DNA from: a virus
Taxonomy: Duplodnaviria > Heunggongvirae > Uroviricota > Caudoviricetes
Length of the DNA stretch: 63,257 nt
Reading direction: 5' to 3' (one strand)
Virus record (IMG/VR): IMGVR_UViG_3300032167_002310
Shown here: positions 56,408 to 63,257 of the stretch, piece after piece
Layout of the letters: the number at the start of each line of letters is the position of its first letter
Position numbering within the stretch: the first letter of the stretch is position 1
Translations under genes and position numbers: made by a program
Notes under the pieces: generated by a model
The model's input: the letters and a program-made list of their open reading frames with translations, nothing else
The model's database searches: none
Told to the model about the DNA's origin: nothing

Positions 56408-57346
56408 TTAGAAATCGAATCCACCAGCGGCAGGAGCTGCCTTAGCGGCACCGCCAGCCTTAGATGCCTTATATTCATCGCTACGAGCCTTCATTGCAGC
56501 CAAGTCAGTTTCTCTCTTGGTCATGCACTCCTTAAGCTCAGCAGCTGTAATGGTGCTTTCATCATCCCAGAGGTAAGGCTCTTTCATAGCCCAAGTAATG
56601 ACAAAGTCCTTACGAGTGCTCTTAACCTCACGTACGGAAGCTTCACCGAATGCAGACTCTTCCTCGATAGTACGAACGATAGTCTCGCTTACCTGACGAC
56701 CCTTAACCTTTGTGAACACAGGCTCCTTAGAAGAAGCTTCAAGTCCCTCAAAGTAGTTAATAGCATTAGGATTGAGAACAGAAAGTTCGATAGGCATCAA
56801 ATCATTTCTGAAGTTAAAGATAGCTCCACGAACGATTGCCTTCTCAGGAGTCTGCTTCTCTTCGTCAGCGTCAACATGGCTCACGTTAGTGATAATCATG
56901 TCAACCTCGAAAGTGTTACGAGTCTTTTCATCCTCGTTGATTGCGTTAACTACGTGGATAAAACCACCTTCGTTACGCTTTACGCTAACAAGCTCTTCCT
57001 TACCATTTCTGTCAGAATAGAACTCGTTCAAACCGATTGCAGAATCGATACGAAGCTTAGCAGCCTTGTCAGCGCCATCCTTCATAACAGTACCGAGCTT
57101 ACCATTGATGATATCGCTCAGAGTACCGAAAGATGCATTTGCCTTACCCTTAGAGGTAGTAGCAGTTACATATGTGAAGTGAACAGGCACGATGTTAACA
57201 CCGGCATCGTCAGTTGCGATTTCGATGTTACCAGAGATGAACTCTGTACCAGGGTTCTTAGAATTCTCGCCAGTCACTTTGAGTTCCAAATCATGCTGAT
57301 AAAGTAAACCTTCAATATGAGTTCTGTTAATCATTGCACTTTTCAT
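56408..57346 (-). CDS. Putative ssDNA-binding protein (OB-fold-like N-terminus, C-terminal GGFDF tail)
   Basis: N-terminus INRTHIEGLLYQHDLELKVTGENS...FISGNIEIA resembles an SSB OB-fold start; Ala/Gly-rich linker ending in AAGGFDF (SSB-like acidic/aromatic tip). Confidence 0.4.
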   Translation of the reverse strand: MKSAMINRTHIEGLLYQHDLELKVTGENSKNPGTEFISGNIEIATDDAGVNIVPVHFTYVTATTSKGKANASFGTLSDIINGKLGTVMKDGADKAAKLRIDSAIGLNEFYSDRNGKEELVSVKRNEGGFIHVVNAINEDEKTRNTFEVDMIITNVSHVDADEEKQTPEKAIVRGAIFNFRNDLMPIELSVLNPNAINYFEGLEASSKEPVFTKVKGRQVSETIVRTIEEESAFGEASVREVKSTRKDFVITWAMKEPYLWDDESTITAAELKECMTKRETDLAAMKARSDEYKASKAGGAAKAAPAAGGFDF

Positions 57347-57360
57347 GTTCTTAATTCTCC

Positions 57361-57708
57361 TTAATCAATCTTATAATTTTTTCCTTTTTCAGTTAAAGCG
57401 TAAACAACTGGGTCAGCTCCGACCTTTTCACAGAAGCCATCATTGACCAACTTACGCAGAGAACCGGATACTGCACGAGAACTAATAAACAGTCCTTCGG
57501 CAACATCTCTTGCCTTAACCATAGGCATATCGGACTTCTGCATCCAGTCAAGAATCACCTTGCCGCTGTCAGTGACTTCGGGTTTGTCATTCTTAGTGTC
57601 CATGAGTGCTTCAATGTAAGCCTTTACATTATCAGTCATTTTGTCAGCAACTACGTCTGGCGCAGCTGCCATTAGCGCATTTAGAAAATCAATAAATTCT
57701 TGTTTCAT
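57361..57708 (-). CDS. Small winged-helix DNA-binding protein (115 aa), first gene after an early promoter
   Basis: HTH-like ARDVAEGLFISSRAVSGSLRKLVNDGF; paralogous to the 89-aa ORF at 60168-60437. Confidence 0.4.
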   Translation of the reverse strand: MKQEFIDFLNALMAAAPDVVADKMTDNVKAYIEALMDTKNDKPEVTDSGKVILDWMQKSDMPMVKARDVAEGLFISSRAVSGSLRKLVNDGFCEKVGADPVVYALTEKGKNYKID

Positions 57709-57751
57709 AATAGTATTACCTCTTTTTGTTTTTCATTTACTTTATATAAAT

Positions 57752-57780
57752 ATTATACCATATTTAATTTGAAAAATCAA
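57752..57780 (-). promoter_or_regulatory. Consensus extended -10 promoter (TTGATT-N17-TGgTATAAT)
   Basis: rc of + aatcaa 57775-57780, 17-nt spacer, rc of + attatacca 57752-57760. Confidence 0.75.
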
Positions 57781-58272
57781 TTAGTGTCTTCTATAATGTT
57801 GGTATTGGTAGTTAACTCCATTGTAATCGTAGGTTTCTGAACTTTCATCCTGCTCCCATTCTTCCATCTCGTCGAGATTTGGGAAATAAGTGTCCACATT
57901 ATCGTGGTCTTTCAAGATTTTAGTTACATAAACTTCTTGGCAATATGGAAGTAATTCACGATAAATCATTCCACCGCCAATAATAAACACTGGAATACCA
58001 AGATCCAATTCCAAGAATGCTTTGACTTCTTCCATGCTTGAGTGTTTGATATCTATATCATTATCATCGACTTCTTGCGAAGTAACAATGATATTGAATC
58101 TGTTAGGAAGAGGTTTCTTTGGAAGGGAGTCCCAAGTCTTTCTGCCCATAACTACGGTTGAATCATCAGTTAACTGCTTAAAACGCTTTAAATCATCGGG
58201 AATGCGTTCCAAGAGCTCCCCATTAAAACCGATACCCCAGTTATTATCGACAGCTACAATTGCCGCAATCAT
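57781..58272 (-). CDS. folA: Dihydrofolate reductase
   Basis: MIAAIVAVDNNWGIG ... LPNRFNIIVTS matches DHFR (E. coli MISLIAALAVDRVIG ... LPGRKNIILSS). Confidence 0.9.
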   Translation of the reverse strand: MIAAIVAVDNNWGIGFNGELLERIPDDLKRFKQLTDDSTVVMGRKTWDSLPKKPLPNRFNIIVTSQEVDDNDIDIKHSSMEEVKAFLELDLGIPVFIIGGGMIYRELLPYCQEVYVTKILKDHDNVDTYFPNLDEMEEWEQDESSETYDYNGVNYQYQHYRRH

Positions 58273-58274
58273 GA

Positions 58275-59147
58275 TTAAATACCCAGTTCAAGTTTCAACT
58301 GAGGTTGCATAGGAGCATAATTAACCATGTTGAAATCGTCAATTGTCATGCTATAGAAATCTGTTACCTCAGAGTTGAGTTCCAGATGTGGGGCAGAAGT
58401 CAGTACAAGCTGACCCTCATACTCCTGTCTTTGGAGTTCATAACGACGCAACATTTCATAGGCTGCGTCCATATGACGGTCATAAATCTGTTCATTTGCA
58501 ACCATATGAGAGAAAACTCCAGCCTTATAACCAGTATGGCGCGCAATCATCATAAGCAATGCCGCATACTGAATTTCATTGATACCTCCTGGACCAGAAG
58601 CAGTAAGCATATCACCGCTACGCTGAACCAAAACCATATCAAGATAATCTCCATCTTCTGCATTTCTTACATTCCAAATAGTAAGGAACGCACAAGGAGC
58701 AAGACCAGGAGTCTCATGTAGGTCAGTTTCCTGCCAAAGAGAAACAATTTTGCGGCGACCATATGGGTCATTCTGAATATCCTTGATTAGATTATTAATC
58801 AAATCATAACGACTTACAGTTGCACCATAGCGCTGACCGATTGTGCCGTCGCCAATATCCCATTCATCCCACCAAGTAACGCCCATGTCATGCATCTTTG
58901 CAATGTCATTGGTTGGCTTCTGGTAGATAGTAAAGATTTCTCTAATACCAGTCTTCCAAGCCTGTCTGCGGAGGGTGCAGATTGGGAATTCACCCTTACT
59001 TAAATCGTAAGTTCTAAAAGTATGATTTACTGAGATGGTATGGGCAGGGGTGCCGTCCGCATAATGAGGGCGAGGATTTACATCCTTATAACCTTCACGC
59101 AAAATGCGGTCAATCATCTCATTCATATATCTATCCGCTTTAGTCAT
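58275..59147 (-). CDS. thyA: Thymidylate synthase-family enzyme (ThyA; dUMP hydroxymethylase not excluded)
   Basis: Aligns with E. coli ThyA across YMNEMIDRILREG, FPICTLRR, WDEW, NDPYGRRKIVSLWQ, LAPCAFL (catalytic Cys) and QRSGD; Asn of the uracil-recognition GIN retained; the His after the catalytic Cys is absent. Confidence 0.8.
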   Translation of the reverse strand: MTKADRYMNEMIDRILREGYKDVNPRPHYADGTPAHTISVNHTFRTYDLSKGEFPICTLRRQAWKTGIREIFTIYQKPTNDIAKMHDMGVTWWDEWDIGDGTIGQRYGATVSRYDLINNLIKDIQNDPYGRRKIVSLWQETDLHETPGLAPCAFLTIWNVRNAEDGDYLDMVLVQRSGDMLTASGPGGINEIQYAALLMMIARHTGYKAGVFSHMVANEQIYDRHMDAAYEMLRRYELQRQEYEGQLVLTSAPHLELNSEVTDFYSMTIDDFNMVNYAPMQPQLKLELGI

Positions 59148-59158
59148 TATTTTTCTCC

Positions 59159-60109
59159 TTACTTAATACTATATCCAAATTCTTTGGCTTTGAAATAATC
59201 TTGCCAATAATCTTCTCTTTCATTTAACATTGTTCTGTCACATTCTTCTACAATTTCAAATGTAAAATTCTCGACTCCAATAGCTAACATAGCAGGATAT
59301 AGTTTGTTACGAGTTGGAGTTTCTGCGCCAATGCCTCTCTTGATGTGTTGCTTCCAACGGTCAGCAATGTTGGCAGCTTGGCCGATATAACACATACCAT
59401 TTTCTATATTGGTAATTTTATAAATTCCAGTGTGGACACCTTTACCTACAACTCTACCAATTAAGTCTGTATATGGATTTTCATAATAAACTTTCCAAAT
59501 AACCTTATTTAAAGGTTCGCTATCTCTTAAGTATGGAGTGACCTCACGCAACCTTTCGATTTCTCTCAAATCTTCCTCTGAGAGTACAAGACGGTAGAAG
59601 TTAGCCTTCTCAACCATTTCTTGTGCGCGTTTGTTTGCTTCGACAGCGGCGTTGGTTAATGCACGCATTGTATCCAACTCGCTCTCTACTTCGGATAGTT
59701 CTATTCTCTTGGTTGAGATATTCGAAGTGAAGTATTCCATCAAATCTCGAAGTGTATCGAGATATTCGGCCTCTGCTTCAGCTTCGCTTTGACGAAATTT
59801 CTCACCAATAGCCAAAGCAGATGAAGAGAGTTTTTCCTGCATTTCATTCATTGCAGACTCATATACTGCGGAAGCCGATTGGCGGTTATTTTCCATCATT
59901 TGTTGAAGACTTGCGCTTACCTCGTCTCGACGAGCGGTCATCGCATATGTCTCCGCGTTTAGGTTAGCGAGCTCCTCTCGGAGTTCGTTGTTTTTGTTGA
60001 GTGTAGCTAAATCCAGCTCTTGCGCAACTTTCATTTTCGGACGCAATACGAAATAAACCGAAATTGCGCCGATAGCCAAACCAGCTACAATGCCGAGGAA
60101 TATTAACAT
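59159..60109 (-). CDS. Membrane-anchored coiled-coil protein with C-terminal GIY-YIG nuclease domain
   Basis: N-terminal TM LIFLGIVAGLAIGAISVYFVL; ~170-aa coiled coil; C-terminal GIYKITNIENGMCYIGQAANIADRWKQH ... E ... N (GIY-YIG signature with conserved R, H, E). Confidence 0.65.
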   Translation of the reverse strand: MLIFLGIVAGLAIGAISVYFVLRPKMKVAQELDLATLNKNNELREELANLNAETYAMTARRDEVSASLQQMMENNRQSASAVYESAMNEMQEKLSSSALAIGEKFRQSEAEAEAEYLDTLRDLMEYFTSNISTKRIELSEVESELDTMRALTNAAVEANKRAQEMVEKANFYRLVLSEEDLREIERLREVTPYLRDSEPLNKVIWKVYYENPYTDLIGRVVGKGVHTGIYKITNIENGMCYIGQAANIADRWKQHIKRGIGAETPTRNKLYPAMLAIGVENFTFEIVEECDRTMLNEREDYWQDYFKAKEFGYSIK

Positions 60110-60167
60110 AGAGAGTAAAAAAGCGGGGTAGATGTAGAACCTACCCCGCCGCTTCGCTCTTTATATA

Positions 60168-60437
60168 TTACTCAGCGTCAGTTGCGTCTGGGTCGAAGCT
60201 CATGCCATCAGCAGTGAGGGACAAGAACTTAACAGCCTTGTGAGTGCCATCCTCAAGCTCGATTTCAGCAGGTGTACGAACACCAAGACCCTTTCTCTGG
60301 ATAGCAGAAGTAAAGATGCCATCTACCTGGCGCTTCTCGAGACCGAGAGCCTCTGCTACATCAGCGGCAGTAACCTGAGCGCCGTTGATTTCCTTCAAAT
60401 AATTGAGAACCTTCTTAGAATTTTCCTTCATAGCCAT
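60168..60437 (-). CDS. Small winged-helix DNA-binding protein (89 aa), paralog of the 115-aa ORF
   Basis: VTAADVAEALGLEKRQVDGIFTSAIQRKGL aligns with ARDVAEGLFISSRAVSGSLRKLVNDGF; C-terminal SLTADG vs ALTEKG. Confidence 0.4.
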   Translation of the reverse strand: MAMKENSKKVLNYLKEINGAQVTAADVAEALGLEKRQVDGIFTSAIQRKGLGVRTPAEIELEDGTHKAVKFLSLTADGMSFDPDATDAE

Positions 60438-60505
60438 AATCGTAATCTCCTTTTTAATAATAAAAAATTTAGTGTATTTTCTAAGCCGTTTCAGCTTATA
60501 TAAAC

Positions 60506-60534
60506 ATTATATCAAAAAAATTTTCAAAAGTCAA
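60506..60534 (-). promoter_or_regulatory. Consensus extended -10 promoter (TTGACT-N17-TGaTATAAT)
   Basis: rc of + agtcaa 60529-60534, 17-nt spacer, rc of + attatatca 60506-60514. Confidence 0.7.
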
Positions 60535-60539
60535 GATTT

Positions 60540-60737
60540 TTAAGAATTTTCTTTCTCAAGAATCTCTTGAACGAGGACATCGATTTCCATCATGTCTTCC
60601 AAGCTCATCGCATGACCGGAAAGGGTCATAATTTCATCCTGAGCCCTTGCTACTTCCTTTGGGTCAGAACTGTTTTGAATAATCAATTCGCACTTTGCGA
60701 TTTTCTGAGCCAGGTTTTTGCGTTCTTTTCTCTTCAT
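60540..60737 (-). CDS. Hypothetical protein (65 aa)
   Basis: Small charged helical ORF downstream of ligA. Confidence 0.35.
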   Translation of the reverse strand: MKRKERKNLAQKIAKCELIIQNSSDPKEVARAQDEIMTLSGHAMSLEDMMEIDVLVQEILEKENS

Positions 60738-60784
60738 GAATTTTTCATCCTTAATCTTTACATTTATATTGTATCAAATTTTTT

Positions 60785-62731
60785 TCAATTTGTCAAGAAT
60801 TGTTCAATAAATTCCGCTTCAGTGAGGACTGGGACGCCCAGCTTCTGAGCAGCTACATTCTTGGCAGATGATGAAGTGTTGTCGTTGTTAATGAGATAGT
60901 TAGTGTTCTTGCTTACCGAACCGACAACTTTGCCTCCTCGGCTTTCGATGTCAGCCTGGAGCGCACTTCTATTCTTATACTGGGTTAATTTACCCGTAAT
61001 AACAACTGTAACTCCATCCAAGGAGGTTGAAGTTACCTCTTTTTGCTCGACCTCTTGGACTTTAATGTATTTTTCAACAATTGAGTCCGCAAGTTCATAA
61101 TCAAAGTTTACAATCGCATTGTGCATTTCCAATCCAAAACCATCAATGTTATAGAATTTGAAACCACCGCCAACTGCATCTCTGAAATCCTCCCAAGAAC
61201 TAAAACACTTACTCAGTTCTTTAGAAGCAGAAGAGCCGATAAGAGGAATACCCAAGGCACATATGAAAGAATTCAAGGTACAATTTCTTGATGCATCAAT
61301 TGCATCCAGAATTTTCTCGACAGACTTGACGCCAAAACCAGGTTTCTTAATCCAGTCCGCAGTATAATCTTGCAAACAATACAAGTCAGCTACATTCGAT
61401 ACCCAGCCCCAGTTAATGAGCTTCTCGAGGGTCATCTTTGAAAGCCCCTTGATATCCAAACCTTTCTTTCCGCAGAAATGGTCTAATTTATTAATGAGTT
61501 TCCCCTCACACGAGATATTGGTACAAACAAGGAATGTTGAATCATTGTCTGTACGCTCGGTTACAGGACCGCCGCAAATCGGGCAAACAGTTGGTAATTC
61601 AAACGTCTCCCCGTGAGACTCTTTTTCTGCGAAACCAATTTGAGGGATAATCATATTGGCTTTGTAGACTTCGACTTTTTGACCAACGTGAGCATTTTCA
61701 CCGAGGGTTTCTCTCATAACAGTTACATTATGGAGGCTTGCTCGCTCGACAGTAGAACCATCAATGTCTATGGCTTCAAAGACTGCTATTGGTGTCAAGA
61801 CACCAGTTCTTCCCATGGTCCACTCAATTCTGAGTAACTGAGTTCCAAACATTTCATCATAGAACTTATATGCAAGCGCATTTCTGAAATGGTGGGAAGT
61901 TTCACCTTGTGATAAACCATATTTTACGTCGTCAAACTTAAATACGACTCCGTCTATTGGATAAGAGTATTTAACTGCTAACTGCTTGATATCTTCAGTT
62001 ACATTTTCAAGGATTTCTGCTTTAGAAACCTCTTCCCCAGAAAGGACGATTCGAGGAACAGTCGTAAAACCTAATGCAGACAATGTATTCAAGCGAAGAT
62101 TGAGAGTATCAATCTCGTCCATGCCCTTCAACACATCCCATGCAACGAACTTAAGTCTGCGCTCAGCGCATTCTTTTGAGTCAAGCAGACGAATACTTCC
62201 CGCAGCAAAGTTTCGTGGATTTTTATATTCATTCGCAAAAAACTCAAAATCATCGTAGGTACAAATTACTTCTCCATCCACAACAAGTTCATCCATATAC
62301 TTAATTCGCTTAGGAATAGACGGAATGACTAACGCATTGTGGAAAATACCCTCACCAATAAAACCATTACCACGAGTTTCCGCACTCACTAACTTACCAT
62401 CTACATAACGAAGAGAACAAGTCAAGCCATCCATTTTACACATAGCAACTGTATCTTTGCGATGCATGAACGCTACAACTTCAGATAACTCTTTTGTCTT
62501 CGCCAATGATAGCATCTTATGATTATGTTCCACTTTGTCGAGCTGGTTCACAACCTGATAACTAATCACCTGCGTAGGGGAATCCGGTAAAACGACGCCT
62601 TCACTAATTTCCATAGCCATAAGCTCGAAATACAGGTCATCCCACTCTTCATCAGACATAATAGGAGTGCCCTTGTCGTATTGTAGAGTAGCAAGATTTA
62701 ATTTTTGAACTAACTCTTTCATATCATTCAT
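60785..62731 (-). CDS. ligA: NAD-dependent DNA ligase
   Basis: Adenylation motif CKMDGLTCSLRY (KxDG); zinc finger CPICGGPV...CTNISCEGK; C-terminal BRCT-like region; 648 aa. Confidence 0.9.
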   Translation of the reverse strand: MNDMKELVQKLNLATLQYDKGTPIMSDEEWDDLYFELMAMEISEGVVLPDSPTQVISYQVVNQLDKVEHNHKMLSLAKTKELSEVVAFMHRKDTVAMCKMDGLTCSLRYVDGKLVSAETRGNGFIGEGIFHNALVIPSIPKRIKYMDELVVDGEVICTYDDFEFFANEYKNPRNFAAGSIRLLDSKECAERRLKFVAWDVLKGMDEIDTLNLRLNTLSALGFTTVPRIVLSGEEVSKAEILENVTEDIKQLAVKYSYPIDGVVFKFDDVKYGLSQGETSHHFRNALAYKFYDEMFGTQLLRIEWTMGRTGVLTPIAVFEAIDIDGSTVERASLHNVTVMRETLGENAHVGQKVEVYKANMIIPQIGFAEKESHGETFELPTVCPICGGPVTERTDNDSTFLVCTNISCEGKLINKLDHFCGKKGLDIKGLSKMTLEKLINWGWVSNVADLYCLQDYTADWIKKPGFGVKSVEKILDAIDASRNCTLNSFICALGIPLIGSSASKELSKCFSSWEDFRDAVGGGFKFYNIDGFGLEMHNAIVNFDYELADSIVEKYIKVQEVEQKEVTSTSLDGVTVVITGKLTQYKNRSALQADIESRGGKVVGSVSKNTNYLINNDNTSSSAKNVAAQKLGVPVLTEAEFIEQFLTN

Positions 62732-62765
62732 AATTAAAACCTCTTTATCTTTACTCTATGTATAT

Positions 62766-62794
62766 ATTATATCATTTTTTTATAAAAAAATCAA
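62766..62794 (-). promoter_or_regulatory. Consensus extended -10 promoter (TTGATT-N17-TGaTATAAT) upstream of ligA
   Basis: rc of + aatcaa 62789-62794, 17-nt spacer, rc of + attatatca 62766-62774. Confidence 0.75.
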
Positions 62795-62820
62795 TGGGAG
62801 GAAACCATATGATTTCCTCC
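62779..62820 (-). terminator. Candidate terminator after the GyrA-like gene, abutting the ligA promoter
   Basis: 8-bp stem ggaggaaa / tttcctcc (62797-62804 / 62813-62820); the + strand A-run 62784-62790 gives a T-run on the - strand. Confidence 0.5.
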
Positions 62821-62826
62821 ACCGAT

Positions 62827-63257
62827 TTATACCTTAGTTACAGACAAGAGCTTAGTACCCTTAAGAATCTGGTTACCAAGAGACACTCGAGTAGCGAGCG
62901 GTACTTCTGTAGCGGAAATGCAAATTGAATTTGTCAAACCACAAACAAGCAAATTATCTTCATCAGAAATCAATGCTGTGCCAGTTACATCTCCTGTCTT
63001 TTCAGAAGTTTTGTAGCAAATAATACCCTTGCCACCACGCTTCTGTGTTACCAATTCATTAAGGTCAATTTTCTTGCCAAGTCCGCACTCAGAGAAAATT
63101 GCAAGACTATCTTGTGGGTTTCTGATAGGTAGGGCCGCAACAACATAATCGTCTTCGTTCAATCCCATACCCTTAACACCAGAAGTTGCTCTTGAAGTCG
63201 CAGAAACGTCCATAGAGTTAAACTTAATACCCATACCCTTGCCAGTAATCAACACAA
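62827..63257 (-). CDS. Type II topoisomerase subunit A (GyrA/ParC-like), C-terminal beta-pinwheel region only; N-terminus lies beyond the window
   Basis: Repeated GyrA-C-like blades (SRATSGVKGMGL...DD, QKRGGKGIICY); ORF runs to the window edge. Confidence 0.6.
   Translation of the reverse strand, partial: VLITGKGMGIKFNSMDVSATSRATSGVKGMGLNEDDYVVAALPIRNPQDSLAIFSECGLGKKIDLNELVTQKRGGKGIICYKTSEKTGDVTGTALISDEDNLLVCGLTNSICISATEVPLATRVSLGNQILKGTKLLSVTKV

Noticed and set aside
55425-57307. Long + strand ORFs of 295 aa (55425-56312) and 318 aa (56351-57307) antisense to the AAA ATPase and SSB-like genes
   Set aside because: Their translations are low-complexity (Ser/Leu/Cys-rich) with no RBS or motif. 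The - strand partners have a clear Walker A and an SSB-like architecture. The open antisense frames are explained by GC3-rich codon usage on the sense strand.
1-63257. Searched for CRISPR arrays, IS/transposase, integrase or repressor, and reverse transcriptase (DGR)
   Set aside because: No regularly spaced direct repeats. No DDE/serine/tyrosine recombinase or RT motifs in any ORF translation.

Overview
This window reads as a contiguous piece of a virulent, tailed dsDNA phage genome. Low GC, AGGAGG-type RBSs, near-consensus sigma-A/sigma-70 promoters and an anaerobic class III ribonucleotide reductase together point to a low-GC Gram-positive (Firmicute-like) anaerobic host. No integrase, repressor, tRNA, CRISPR array or IS element was recognised.

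Positions 1-34.5 kb (+ strand) are a late structural module dominated by very large tail, fiber and adhesin genes (670, 916, 918, 1849, 619, 2487, 684 and 2023 aa). Hairpin terminators split this module into separate transcription units. At least four of the tail proteins share an N-terminal motif. The 2487-aa protein carries a poly-Gly linker, Listeria-Bacteroides-type repeats and BspA-like leucine-rich repeats. A 684-aa protein has Ig-like domains and a small tandem paralog.

A perfect TTGACA-N17-TATAAT promoter at 33.72 kb drives a two-gene small-protein cassette (a hypothetical 114-aa protein followed by a 134-aa membrane protein) that ends at a bidirectional terminator (34.54-34.59 kb). 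This is where the strand switches.

Positions 34.6-63.3 kb (- strand) are an early replication and nucleotide-metabolism module. Recognisable products are:
- a RuvC-like resolvase, dUTPase, anaerobic RNR NrdD/NrdG and a guanylate kinase
- a PHP-domain DnaE-type DNA polymerase III alpha, a RecD/Dda-like helicase and a RelA/SpoT-type HD (p)ppGpp hydrolase
- a membrane-anchored lysozyme-like protein
- a RecJ-like DHH exonuclease, DnaG primase, DnaB helicase, an AAA_24/Sak4-like ATPase and an SSB-like protein
- DHFR, a ThyA-family enzyme, a TM-coiled-coil-GIY-YIG nuclease, NAD-dependent ligase LigA and a 3'-truncated GyrA/ParC-like gene

Six of these early units are each preceded by the same extended -10 promoter, minus-strand consensus TTGAYW-N17-TGnTATAATATA, several directly abutting a terminator hairpin.

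All functional calls rest on motifs read from the ORF translations. No database search was possible.
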